DNA of 64,000 bases from Chrysemys picta bellii (taxonomy: Eukaryota): contig NC_088794.1 of NCBI RefSeq assembly GCF_011386835.1, forward strand, positions 15,624,001-15,688,000. The letters are read 5' to 3'. Of the stretch, positions 52,134 through 64,000 are shown one piece after another. A program made the translations under genes and the position numbers. Numbering within the stretch: the first letter of the stretch is position 1; every line of letters starts with the position of its first letter. The notes beneath the pieces are model-generated. The model was not told where the DNA came from. It ran no database searches and worked only from the letters and a program-made list of their open reading frames with translations.

Positions 52134-53145
52134 TAAGAGTCAGGCTCCCCGAAACCATGAGATTTAAAAAAAAAAAAAATTCCCCCCCTTGCCTTCTGAT
52201 TTTTGAGCATTTAGGGTTTGTTCTTCAGCTTTTCTATGCAGCCACTTTAGTTTTTAAAAAGAAAGCTGAGAATGAGATTTTCACATAGAGCTTCAGCCCC
52301 TGGAGTCACACAGTTAAGAAAAATAAATGAATATCATGAGATTTGTGATCAAATCCTGTGAGTTGGCAACAATCCCGCAGTGCATCACATCCAGAAATTG
52401 CATCTATTTAACAAAATAGTTTTTTATATCACATTAGTTAAGTCAATGCAACCTCACTGTGTGGATACGTTTAAATTGGATTAAGAGTGGCTACTGTTAA
52501 TTATCTTAATGTTAAATTAAACTAATTTTAGCCACTCTTAATTTTATTTGAGTGTCCAACCAAAGGCATTTATACAGGTTTAACTGAGGCCTTCTCAGCA
52601 CAGGAAAGTTGCACCAATTCAACTTGAATCAGTTTGCAAACCCCTGTGCGGTTGCTCTTATTTTGGCTTAAGTGGGTTATTTTTCTTTAAATGAAACCTG
52701 TTACCAATCAGCTTAAACTGGTGCAAACCTCTGTGTGGACACTCTTATTTCAGTTTAAGAGCAGCTTCTTTTGGTTTATCTTAACTGTATTTGGTTTAAA
52801 TTCACACCTTAGGTTATGCCAGTGCCACTTTCCTGGATGGACAAGCCCTAAATCAGTCCAGGGCATCGCTACACTACAGCTGCTACAGTACTCTGGTAGC
52901 GTAGCTGTGCTGTCATAATGCTGTAGTGTAGAGGCTTCCTACATCAATGTAAGTTTTTTTTTTCCATAGCTGTAGTTCATGAGTTAATCCACCTCTCCGA
53001 GAGGCAGTAGCTAGGTCAATGGAAGAATTCTTACATCAACCTAGCCATGTCTACACCAAGGGTTAGGTCAACCTAGCTACAGTGCTCAAGACACAACATT
53101 TTTCTCAGCCCTGAGCAATATTTCTTAGGCCGATCTAATTTCTAA

Positions 53146-53384
53146 GGGTAGGTCTACACTTACCCGGTAGTTCGGCGGCAAGCAAATCGAACTTCTGGGT
53201 TCGACTTATCGCGTCTCGTCTGGACGAGATAAGTCGAACCCGGAAGTGCTCGCCGTCGACTGCGGTGCTCCAGCTTGGCGAGAGGAGTACCGCGAAGTCG
53301 ACAGGGGAGCCTGCCTGCCGCGTCTGGACCGAGGTAAGTTCGAACTAAGGTACTTCGAACTTCAGCTACGTTATTCACATAGCT
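53146..53384. mobile_element. Truncated Harbinger MITE nested in an older Harbinger-type remnant (~52860-53140)
   Basis: GGGTAGGTCTACACTTACC...; near-identical to the family of 59823-60107, right end absent. Confidence 0.8.
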
Positions 53385-53592
53385 AGTTAGTTAAATTGGT
53401 GCAGTTTTGGTGTGCAGACTGGGTTTGAGAAGGAGTGTCATGCAGAGGGTTAATGTCTACGATTAATGTTAATACCTGAAGATTAAAGCTGCTGTGGGCA
53501 TGAAATTTAACAGGGTGTTAATTTGGTGGCAGGAAGAACATCAAAAGGAGTGAACAGCAAGGGGAATTGGGAAGATGATTATTATGGACATA

Positions 53593-53840
53593 AAGAACGA
53601 GGAGTACTTGTGGCACCTTAGAGACTCGCAAATTTATTTGAGCATAAGCTTTCGTGGGCTAGAACCCACTTCATCAGATGCCTAGAATGGAACATATAGT
53701 ATCATATGCATCTGACGAAGTGGGCTGTTGCCCACAAAAGCTTATGCTCAAATAAATTTGTTCGTCTCTTAAGGTGCCACAAGTACTCCTCGTTCTTTTT
53801 GCGGATACAGACTAACACGGCTGCTACTCTGAAACCTGTC
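53593..53840. mobile_element. Young Penelope-like insertion with inverted arms
   Basis: 12-bp TSD ATTATGGACATA (53581-53592, 53841-53852). Confidence 0.88.
53642..53681 (-). ncRNA. Minimal type I hammerhead ribozyme motif within the Penelope-like element
   Basis: GCAU-CUGAUGA-A-GUGGGU(UCUA)GCCCAC-GAA-AGCU-U/AUGC: intact core, 4-bp helix I, 6-bp helix II, palindromic AGCU in place of helix III. Confidence 0.7.
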
Positions 53841-54794
53841 ATTATGGACATAGGCACAGTGTGAATTCTGAGCTCTGTAACATAGGAGGATGGACTGATC
53901 TCCTCTCTTCTGTAAAGATTTGGGAATTGCTGAGCAGCCAGTCTGAAGGGAAAGATTTGTCAAACCAAGTCTGTAGAACTCTGGATGAGAGAAAATAAGT
54001 ATAATGGAAAAGGGGAGAAATCCTAGTGCTAAGAAACCAAGCTGCAAAACATAACAAGCAAAGAACAACACAGTTAACTCTCTTTACAGGGTGCATTATT
54101 ACCCTGCTGCAAATGGAGTTAAATTAATAAATAGGAATCATGTGCTTTTTAATTAAATTTTTTTAGAGCTAGCAATATCTGGGGGCCAGACACACCGATA
54201 TAACTGTTACAGAGAATATGGATAAATCCATTTTAACTAAAGCGCAAGATGCATAATTAGCTAAAGGGTTTTCAAGGAAAATAAGGCTGAGAGATAGCGA
54301 TAGTTCCCTAGGAAAAAGAATCCATGTACATTGGCCCTGGGAAAACAATTAATCTGAAACTAAATAAATGCAACCTGGGCCAGACTGTCTAATCCTGTTA
54401 GCAACGGGCAAGGAATGTGGGGGGTTGGAAGTTAGCTAAAATGTTGAGGATTTGTCTTAGTGGGATTGCACGTAGCAAATGTGATGACAAGCAAGTGGTT
54501 TTTTTCCATTAGACATGAGCAGGTCTAGAGCAGCAACAACAACAACAAAAAACTGGTGTGCTTAAGGCACAACAAAATCCAGCCTTGCGTCCCAGAGCTG
54601 CATAGACTCTACAGTGCCAGCAGGAAAAAACACGTCTTGGTCAGAAGAGTGAGCAGCTGCATCTCAAAGTTGTGTTGAATAAGAAGGGAAACGTTTTACA
54701 ATTTCTGACTACCCACTCTTTTAAAAAATGTCACACCTTTATTGTCCCCAGGACAGGACAGCGCATAGTTCTATGCAAATAAGACTATTTTCTT

Positions 54795-55010
54795 AAAAAG
54801 AAGAACAGGAGGACTTGTGGCACCTTAGAGACTAACAAATTTATTAGAGCATAAGCTTTCGTGGACTATAGCCCACTTCTTCGGATGCATAAGAAGTGGG
54901 CTATAGTCCACGAAAGCTTATGCTCTAATAAATTTGTTAGTCTCTAAGGTGCCACAAGTCCTCCTGTTCTTCTTTTTGCGGATACAGACTAACACGGCTG
55001 CTACTCTGAA
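54795..55010. mobile_element. Young Penelope-like insertion forming a perfect 87-bp hairpin
   Basis: Arms 54795-54881 and 54891-54977; 11-bp TSD ACTATTTTCTT. Confidence 0.9.
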
Positions 55011-56720
55011 ACTATTTTCTTATTTGGTCATGGGCACATCAACTTTGTGATTTGTGTACAGGATGGGAGTGCATAATAGCTAATCAGCTGACGGCATTAG
55101 TCATTTGCTATTAAGATTTCAGTTTTCATTTCAGTCAAATAAATATTGCAATTCCGAGGCTGTAGTAAGTGACAGGAAAGGATTTGTCACGTGCAGGTAT
55201 TGTAGATTAACGTAGCTTGACAGCAGAGCCAAGGAAGCTGGAGCAAACCTCATCATTTCCTTTCCCTTTATCTAAGTTTTGATAAAGAACACAGGCACCA
55301 GAGCCTCAATATCTAGGCATTTGTGCATCTGTATACAGCACCCTCCATCGGAACATCTCAGAACCTTCCCAAACAGTGAGGAATGAAAGCTCACCACCCC
55401 TGATTATCCCCATTTTACAAATGTGGAAACTGAGGCTCAGAGAGATGATGTGACTTACCCAATGAGGGGTAACAGAAGCAGAGAGGGGAAGTGACTTGAC
55501 TAAAGCTACACACCAAGTAAGTGGCAGAGCTAGGAACAGAAGCTTCAGGGTATGGCTGCACTCTGAGAGAAGATCCAGGGCACAGCTGTGATTGGCCTGG
55601 GTCAGCTGACTTGGGCTTATGGGGCTCAGGCTGGTTGGCTATAAAATTGCAATGTAGATGTTCAGACTCAGGGTTCTGAAACCTCCCGAGGGGGAGCATC
55701 TCAGAGCCTGGGCTCGAGCCTGAGCCTGAACAGGTACACACTGATATTGTAGAGCCCCCGCAACCCGAGCCCATGTCAGCTGCCCCCGGCTCAGATTCAG
55801 GGCTGCAGGATTTGTTGAATCACAGAGTCCCAGTCTAGTGCCCTACCCCATCTCTACCTCTACATCCTCCTTAGGAGTGCTCGCTTCAACCCTTCAGACC
55901 TGTTTGGATCATCTAAGCGTGCAATTTGCTCTCTCCCTTCTCTTGCCAAAGTTGGACCTATCACCCTGTCACTCCGTCCCAGAGAGGAAAATGCCGGAGC
56001 CCTTATCGGCGACCTTTGCGATCAAAGACCCGTGTGGCGAGGAAAGTGTCCTTGTGTAATCTTTATTGCTGCAGTAAAGCCCACAGGTGCATTGTGTCGC
56101 TCATGCCTGCAGACACATCAGCAGGGATGGAGTATCAGAAACATAGGTCTGGCTGCTGATCTGTTGTTTCATTAATGACCCTGAGTCGTAAAGTTATATT
56201 GACCATCAAGGCTTGTGTTGAGCTCCTTGCGCTGATCTTTAGTGACCCTTTTACGTTTGTAAACATTCCACAGCTTGTAGTATAGCCCTAGTGATGTTGC
56301 TTTGGTATCATTAGTGGTCCAGCCGTCAGCACTGGTAAAGGGACATGAACAAGTACGTAGGATGTCATGTGCTTGTCTACGCCTGCAGTCACACCATATT
56401 GCACTGTCATCCTGTCAGGGCTCTCAGGCTAGCACTGTGTCAGGCCTTGGATGGGAAACTCTCAGGGTGCTGCAGGAAGTGAAGGTGTTGTCCCCTCTGT
56501 GCAGTAGCGGATGTTGGAGTGAACTGTCAGACGGCCACACCCTCAGTTTCTGCTCTGTTTAAGCACTGGCTTAATTAAAAGTGTGATGTTGCATCGATTT
56601 AGTTAAACAGGTGCAACTTTGCGCTGAAGGCTCTTACATCCGTGAAAGCTAACCCAACACAAGCCAGGTTTAAACTCATGGAAGCTTGTCCGCACACAAA
56701 GATGCATCTTTTAACTAAAT

Positions 56721-56930
56721 CAGGGTCTCTCAAACTTTTGTACTGGTGACCCCTTTCACATAGCAAGCCACTGAGTGCGACCCCCCCTTATAATTAAAAA
56801 GATATTTAACACTATTATAAATGTTGGAGGCAAAGTGGGGTTTGGGATGGAGGCTGACAGCTCGCGACCCCCCCATGTAATAACCTCACGACCCCCTCAG
56901 GGGTCCCGACCCCCAGTTTGAGAACCTCTG
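56721..56930. mobile_element. hAT (Charlie-like) MITE
   Basis: CAGGGTCTCTCAAAC...GTTTGAGAACCTCTG; perfect TSD AACTAAAT. Confidence 0.92.
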
Positions 56931-59305
56931 AACTAAATCGATACAGCCTCCCACCTTGAGTTAAACTGGTACAGCTTTATCAACGAGACCAGAAAGAGAG
57001 AAATCGGGTTGGCATGTGTGTATTGGAAATCCAGCCCTGCTTATTTAACAGTTGGAGGGAAATTCTCAACTACGATTCAGTGAAATGCTGTTTTTGCACA
57101 AGTATCTTGCATCTCATTTCCAAGAGAAGCCCAGCCCAGTCAGACATAGGGAAATGCCCACTTTCTGCCAGATAGCGAAATTTCCCCAAATATTGCACAG
57201 CACTATTTTCATCCTTGTCTTGCTAAAGCAGAAGGGCCTATTGCCACATCTCCCAGTTCCACATGTCCCATATACGGGCAAGGGTCAGCTGCATTTGGAC
57301 TTTGTCTCTAATAAACACGTGTTCAGGTAGGTAAATGATTTGATGGCTCCCCGCTTGGAGTAGAAGTTACATAATAAAGGCAATAGTGTCTGGAAAATGT
57401 AGTTGCTGGGACTGGTAGGGAAGCCAGGTAGCAGGCTAAGGCACGTGGTCTGTGGTTCTGAGAGTGGTAATGGGTGCAAAAAGAATGAAGCAAATCACCT
57501 TTTGCATAGATGGGATCAGAAGCGTTGCACAGACAAGGCCCTGATTTCCAAAGTGGCTGCCTGAATTGCACGTGTAAAGCCCACATTTGTGTGTACAAAT
57601 CAGCATTTAGAAGTGGAAAATGGGTAATTGTCAACCATAATGCTGTTTGCAATTGCAATTTCAGTTGGGCTCCTGGGCTGTTTGGCAGGCAGAACTTGTC
57701 TCTGGAGCCCCTCATTTGTTCTCTGTAACTCTCCCATGAAGTGCTGTGTTGGGCCAGCTGTTCCTTGTGGATGGGGAAAATCAGGATGTGGTTCTCACGG
57801 GATGTTCATTAATGCTACTCCTGAGTTATTCAGTAGTGGAACTTCTGCCTCTTGCCTTCCTCAAAGACTGATCCTCAAACTGCAGTGGATCAAAAAATAC
57901 CACTTTAGTTTTCTCAGAAAACTTAGGAAAAATCAACAAACAAACCGAAAACAAACAGAAATTCGGAGAAGCTTTAAAAGAATTACATATGTACAATAAA
58001 AAAACAGAAACAAGCGAAACTAAAAATGTTACGTTTTGGAGAAAACCTGAAAATGTTTATCAGCAATTTTAACTGAAGAATCAATCAAGAAACTGATTTT
58101 GTCAAGAAATTGAAAAATTTCAAAGTGAAAATTATCTGTGAAAATTTTCATTTTGGTCAAACAGCCAATTTTTTGTCAAAGACAAAAATATTTCAACAGA
58201 AAAATTGCAACCAGCACTACTCCACGCCCTCAGCCATCCAATCTGACTGGCGGTATATATGTTATGCTGCTACTGGACTGCGACGAAACATTTTGAACAT
58301 AGATTATAAACTATTGACTATATACACCAGCTGTTTGGGAAAGAGGGAGAAAACTCACCTTTTTTCCTACAAAAAGTCTTTTCCCGTTGTTTGTTTTAAA
58401 TTTAAAAATTTGAAAAAATCCACCCAGCTTTATTATACACACTGCAAACTAACTTGAATTTTTATTGAAAGTGACACATATGACAGACACATTTTAATTT
58501 GTTCCTTTAGCTACATGCTAGACAAAGTGTAGTGAATAGTATTTTGCTGACTGCCTAGTTAATTTAAAATTGTCTATTAATGTTAGAGAAGGTATCAGGA
58601 ACCTTGAAAGGGTATGAAAATAGAAAAAAAAATGGGTCCAAAAAGTTACTTAAACATTCAAAATTGCTTTTAGGGGAAGGTTTCGGTGTGGACTGGGCCA
58701 GAACTGGTTTAATCTGCGTCCCAAGTTGAGCTGGTTAAAAAGGATATTTCATGAAAAATTTAAAAAGAAATGGAAATGTTTCATTTTGTTTAATTCTTTT
58801 TAAAAAGTTGAAAAATGTTAGTTTTTTGAAAATTGTAAAAAGTGGGTTTTTGACTTTAGATTTAACTAAATATTCTTTTGATTTTAGAACTTAAACTTCA
58901 ATGGAAATTTTTCCAGTAGCTCTAGTCCCAAGCTTGTTGTTTTCTCTCTCGGGAGGTTTAGCTATTATAATTTACCTGCACTGCAAAATAGTCCATTCCC
59001 AGCCATTTGGGCAATTCAGTTGCATGGATCAGCTGACTAATATCTAGTAATCTGTTTTCCCATTGACCAGTTAGTCAAATGGTGGTTCCTTCTGAGCCAT
59101 TGCTAATTGGGAGAGGTGGATCATTTCAGAGCTTGTCTGCCCAAAGCAATAAACAAACAGGCCTGATATGCTTCCTGTTTGCGGCTAGTTATCAATATCT
59201 GACTCACACTGCATTCAGATCCTAAGCAAAGGCATTGGCCTACATAACCAGGTGCGGCACAGCTCTCTGGAATGAACTCCTGGATAACGGAAAAGAGACT
59301 AAAAT

Positions 59306-59553
59306 TAGAGCAGGTCAAACGTTTTCTGCCGAATCTTTTGTTTCAACGGAAAATCGAGTTTTTTTTTTTACAACATGGATATTTTCACAGAAACCATCCA
59401 TTTTTGCTGAGATTTATTGGGTTTTCATTAGAAAACCAGGATAATCTGGCACTGAAAACCCAAGAAATGCTAAAGAAAATTTGACAAAAAATGAAAATTT
59501 TGGTTTTCAGCAACATTTTTTGCAGGGGAAAACAAGTTTCCTGACCAGCTCTA
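59306..59553. mobile_element. Old AT-rich MITE, probably hAT (similar relics at ~40490-40650 and ~57900-58920)
   Basis: TAGAGCAGGTC...GACCAGCTCTA; TSD ACTAAAAT/TTTAAAAT (6/8). Confidence 0.65.
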
Positions 59554-59822
59554 TTTAAAATGAGAAGAAGAAACAGAGGGAAGTGGATTGGATGGGGAGG
59601 GAACATTTTTCATGTTAGCACCTCAGCTTTGATACCAGTATCTGAAACTGCCATGTCACAGCATCTCCCACCTCTGCTGCCATGGATTCTAACTTTTGCC
59701 AATAAACATCCAGCTCTGTTTCCTTTCACCTGGGTTGGGCAGGACGCAGTGATATCGTGTGGCCAGTACGCAATGTACTGCAGAGAGTGTTAATTGAAGA
59801 AGAGCGTTGTCTGTGTCTCTTA

Positions 59823-60107
59823 GGGCTTGTCTATACTTACCGCGCTGGTTCGGCGGCAGGCAATCGAACTTCTGGGTTCGATTTATCGCGTCTAGTCTGG
59901 ACGCGATAAATCGAACTCAGAAGTGCTCCCCGTCGACTCTGGTAATCCTGCTCGCCGAGAGGAGTACGTGGAGTCGACGGGGGAGCCTGCCTGCCGGGTC
60001 TGGACGGCGGTAAGTTCGAACTAAGGTACGTCGACTTCAGCTACGTTATTCACGTAGCTGAAGTTGCGTACCTTAGTTCAATTTGGGGGTTTAGTGTAGA
60101 CCAAGCC
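59823..60107. mobile_element. Young Harbinger MITE
   Basis: GGGCTTGTCTATACT...AGTGTAGACCAAGCC; TTA TSD on both sides. Confidence 0.9.
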
Positions 60108-60549
60108 TTAGAAGTGTGAGTGATCCTTCCACCCCTCGCTCCATCAGTTGTCTCTGTTGGGTGGTTAGTTCCTAGCCAACGAGCTGTGGAGTATTTATGT
60201 TCAAGCCACTTTGGCCCTTTCCACATTGCGGTTGAACCCAAACTAGCAGTGTCTTTATTGGTTGTTGCTAGGGTAGCATGGATGGAGTCTTTTAAAATCT
60301 ATGTCCCATTGGCAGCAACGTGAACATGGATGCGCTGTCTGTACCCAGCTGCTGCTCAGTGGGCAGCCTCTCAAGATGGAGAACTCTTCCAGTTCCAAAG
60401 TGCTGCCTCTGAGGTGGAATATGGAAGCTGTCTGGCTTCTCGCAGCAACACTACTCCACAGATTAGCGCAGGAAGTGGAGACTCTCCGATCCAAATGAAA
60501 CTTCACTGGGAGTTTAGGGAGGCAAAATTGAAGTCCTAGGTCAGTCCAG

Positions 60550-60843
60550 ATAGGACAACAAACTTATGGGAAAAGTGCCATAAGATCGTTAGTGGCCATG
60601 AGTACTTAGTGCCTTGGTATTGCACCCCACAGAGGGCACTGTCAGCAGCCTAGCACCACCCTGGGGCACCGGCTCTGTGCTGATTAAGAGGACAGAGCAC
60701 TAGCTATTGAATCACCAAAACCACTTCCTGACGCGACTCATTTTTTTTATTGCAGGTCAGTTATCTGGGGGTTGACTGGGCCCAACCCTCCTTAGCTTGC
60801 AGGAGCTGAAGGGACCTTAGCATGTGGGAATGCAGCCGTAGAC
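60550..60843 (-). mobile_element. 5S rRNA-derived SINE (AmnSINE1/DeuSINE-like)
   Basis: Minus strand starts GTCTACGGC (the 5' end of 5S rRNA) and includes GCTAAGGAGGGTTGGGCC; followed by a body resembling the Deu domain (ttgaatcaccaaaaccacttcctg on plus). Confidence 0.7.
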
Positions 60844-61097
60844 AATTAAAAAAAAAAACATTTAAAACTTGTCCGGCGTTGTGTCCCTCCAATCCCCTCC
60901 TATGTCCATGGATGCTCCCTCTTTAATAAATAAATAAATAAATAAAATAAAAATTGCACGACTGTGCTGCAATTCTATCTGTTTTAGATACTTATATGCT
61001 CCCCCAGTCTTTAATATATTTTATTCCCTGCTATATAATATTACAGTATTTGCAGTGTTGTGGGAGGAGGGTTGGCCCCTGGATATGAGAAAGACAA

Positions 61098-61231
61098 GGC
61101 AGGTGAGGTAGTATCTTTATATAGGACCAACTCTGTTGGTGAGAGAGCCAAGATTTCGAGCTACAATGCTTGTCTCTTTCACCAACAGCGGCTAGTCCAA
61201 TAAAGGGTATTACCTCACCCACCTTATCTCA
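61098..61231. mobile_element. Second-family Penelope-like hairpin relic
   Basis: gacaaggcaggtgaggtagtatcttt...ttggtgagagagccaag / cttgtctctttcaccaac...tattacctcacccaccttatctc inverted arms. Confidence 0.55.
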
Positions 61232-61817
61232 CTAGTATTTAGCAGGCAGGCCTGTTATTCCCCTTTTACAGACGAGGGCACAGAGAGTAAGCGACTTCTT
61301 CCACATCACACACGTCTGCGGTAGAGTAAGGAGTTGAACTGTGTTTTCCTGACTCCCAGGTTGGATCTCTCATCCCTGGACCAGCCTACACCAGAAGCCC
61401 TAGTTCTATTACAGTGGCTGTTGTTATTCTACCTTCCTGAAATCAGGCGATTCCTCACGTTTGCTCCTGCTTCAGCCAGTAGAGCCTGACTAACCAGGTG
61501 CTTGTTTACTTCCTGTCTGTGTTCTCCTGGGGCAGAAGGTGGAGAGTGAAATAAAACATTTTGGATAGACTTTGAGCTGCTTTGTGGGTCTGTCTATGTT
61601 TCTCTGCTCCACCCCGTCTGTGCCACAGAATTGCAACACTCTGCCTTTTATGGTAGGCTGGGATTTCGCATCCCCTTATCAGGCTGTGAATCACCATGGT
61701 ATGTGGCATCTAATGCTCAGGATCCCCGGATGTAATGGGGAGAGCAGGCAGGACACTTGGACCCTTTTCGAGCAGTGCTGTCCAAGCTGTCTAGTGTGCT
61801 GCCACTGAAGTGACCAA

Positions 61818-62091
61818 GGCTACATCTACACTACGGGGGGGGGGTCGATTTAAGATAGCAAATTCAGCTACGCGAATAGCGTAGCTGAATTCGACGTATC
61901 GCAGCCGACTTACCCCGCTGTAGGGACGGCGGCAAAATCGACCTCTGCGGCTTCCCGTCGACGGCGCTTACTCCTACCTCCGCTGGTGGAGAAAGAGCGT
62001 CGATTCGGGGATCGATTGTGGGACGCGATAAATCGATCCCCGAGAGGTCGATTTCTACCCGCCGATTCAGGCGGGTAGTGTAGACCCAGCC
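61818..62091. mobile_element. Young Harbinger MITE
   Basis: GGCTACATCTACACTA...TAGTGTAGACCCAGCC; 3-bp TSD CAA on both sides. Confidence 0.92.
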
Positions 62092-64000
62092 CAATTTGGC
62101 TTTTGAAGGGGCCATTAGAGGAAATCCCTAGGAAAATGAGAACAAGACTTAGATTGCAAGCTCCTTGAGGCAGCGACTGTCTTTTTGTTCTGTGTTTGTA
62201 CCGTGCTTAGCACAATGGGATTCGGGTGCTATGATAACAAAAATAATAATAACTTCTGTCGTGATTCACATGGGGTATTAAGGCCCGGATCCAGCTCCCA
62301 CCAAAACAGATCAGAACAGGCCCTAAGTACTTCACATCAGTGGTGCTCAGACATATGTAGTTCCCTGGCATCTCAAATGTTAATGAATTTATTTTCAGAA
62401 CCTCTCTGTGATAGACTATTAGCTCCATTCCACAGATGGGAAACTGAGGCAAAAGAAAATTCAGTGACTTGCCCCAGGTCACGCGGGCAGTGTGTGACAG
62501 AGGTAGGAGTTGAACCCACCTCTCTCAAGTACGGTGCCTTGACCACAAGAGCACCCTTTGATATATGGGCTAGGCATTCAGAATGGGGGGCATTGCATTT
62601 TGTCCCAGGCACAGGCAGCCGGATGGTCTCTTGCCTGCAGCAGGATTGGCTCTGTCATATGCAGTGGTTGTCCGGGGCAGCGACAGGTTTGGGGTCAGAT
62701 TGGATCCAGACTTCCTCAAGGTTTGCAGCATTCAGCTCTTGGGTTTGGACCCATCTCTGATTTCTAAGCCTCTCTTTGGTCCGTTAGTCAGTGTTGGTCC
62801 TGAAGGATACGGTACAGCTTTTATTTAGGTACCAATGCTCTGAAGTCCCATTTTAGCTTGGTTGTGGGGGCATTTACCACCAGGAGATACAGGGACCCAG
62901 TTGGTGCTTTGCGTTGTCAGGTCACTGTTATCATCTGGGGCCTGCTGAAAGGTGTTATATGAGTGCAAAGTGTTGTTATTACCATGGGTGGATTTGCTTG
63001 GGAAGGTTTGGATCTGGAGTTTGGGGTTTGGTCCCACAGCTAGGCTGTTCCACATGCAGTGTCCACAAAGCCACCAGTGTTCAGACGCTGAGTTTACATC
63101 TGTGAGGGATGTTTAGTCGCTTGGTTTCAACATGCTGTGAGCTGCTGGCTGCGGGGTGATGCTTTGCTGGATTAAGATTCCAGAGTGAAAAATGTGGTAT
63201 TACACCATTATTAATCGGCCTATGAACAGCCCATTCAATGTAGGCACGCCCAGGCTGCTGCCTGCCCACACAGCGTACTTGGCACACCTAAATCTCTGAG
63301 CTAAGGTTTCAGATGTGGTAGCCTTAGGGGACAGATTATTTTTGAACCTTCATTGTTCTCTCTACATTAAGGGCCAGCTCCTCTGCCTGAGCAAATTGGC
63401 TTACCTCCAGCGAAGCCAATGGAGCTATTCCAGCATACACCAGCTGAGGATCTAAGAGTCAAAATAATTTTTTAACAGCCAGTGTTCTGGTGCAACAGCT
63501 TTAACAGCTGGAGACCAGATATTTATTGGGGTGGTTGTTCCAGTGAGGTTAAGGGCCTCATCTGGGTGCCATCGATATTCATGGGGCTTGGATCTCACCC
63601 TAAAAGGAGGGAGTGAGAACAGAGAATTGCATGGCTTTGGGGGATTGGCAAACGAACACACAGCTTTCTGCCTCTCTGCATCTGCTCAAATGCAGCACGC
63701 AGAGGCAGTGCCTGAAAGCCACTACTCTCCAAGCAGCAGGCTAGCCTCTTGTGTGCAATGAGTTGGTGGATCTCAATCCAACTCCGAGTGACTTAGTATT
63801 CGCGTAACACTGGGCTGTTTTATCAGAGCAACTCAGAACTAAATGAGGCCTTCAGTGCTATCATGTAAATGAGATCAGAATTGGATCCAAAACGGAAGGA
63901 TGTGGTTGAGGAACTAGACTGGGTTTTGCGAGATCTGGGTTCTAATCCTGGCGCATTAGATGCTGCGCTCCTTTGGAAATCTGGCCACTTATTTAGGTGG

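Noticed and set aside
60255-60539. Stretch open in several frames (e.g. ...LLHRLAQEVETLRSK)
   Set aside because: No splice signals or homology recognised; compatible with chance.
60750-60843. 5S rRNA gene
   Set aside because: Degenerate and partial, continuing into SINE body.
49300-64000. LAMB3 coding exons expected by synteny
   Set aside because: No laminin N-terminal motif (CYP..GDLL.GR, ASSTCG) found in any plus-strand frame I could read; a very short first coding exon or non-coding exon cannot be excluded.

Overview
Vertebrate genomic DNA, almost certainly from a turtle (inferred from the tortoise Pol III/SINE and the turtle-type Harbinger, hAT, Penelope and CR1 repeats). The window is syntenic with the human TRAF3IP3-HSD11B1-G0S2-LAMB3 locus, with all identified genes on the minus strand. 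It contains the first coding exon of TRAF3IP3, two complete and intact tandem 6-exon HSD11B1 paralogues (292 and 293 aa) and G0S2 (non-coding exon 1 plus coding exon 2). No LAMB3 coding exon was recognised. The rest is dense with transposons, many with exact target-site duplications (TSDs). Most notable observations: (i) a predicted distal TATA/Inr first exon at 40686-40862 that would splice in frame onto HSD11B1 and add a basic N-terminal extension; (ii) the paralogues differ in substrate-pocket, topology and glycosylation determinants, while exon 2 looks homogenised by gene conversion; (iii) minimal hammerhead ribozyme motifs in young Penelope hairpins, intact only outside the genes; (iv) a Harbinger-type MITE carrying a hAT MITE and an RTE LINE that is itself split by a solo LTR. 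All counts were made by hand and no database search was run.
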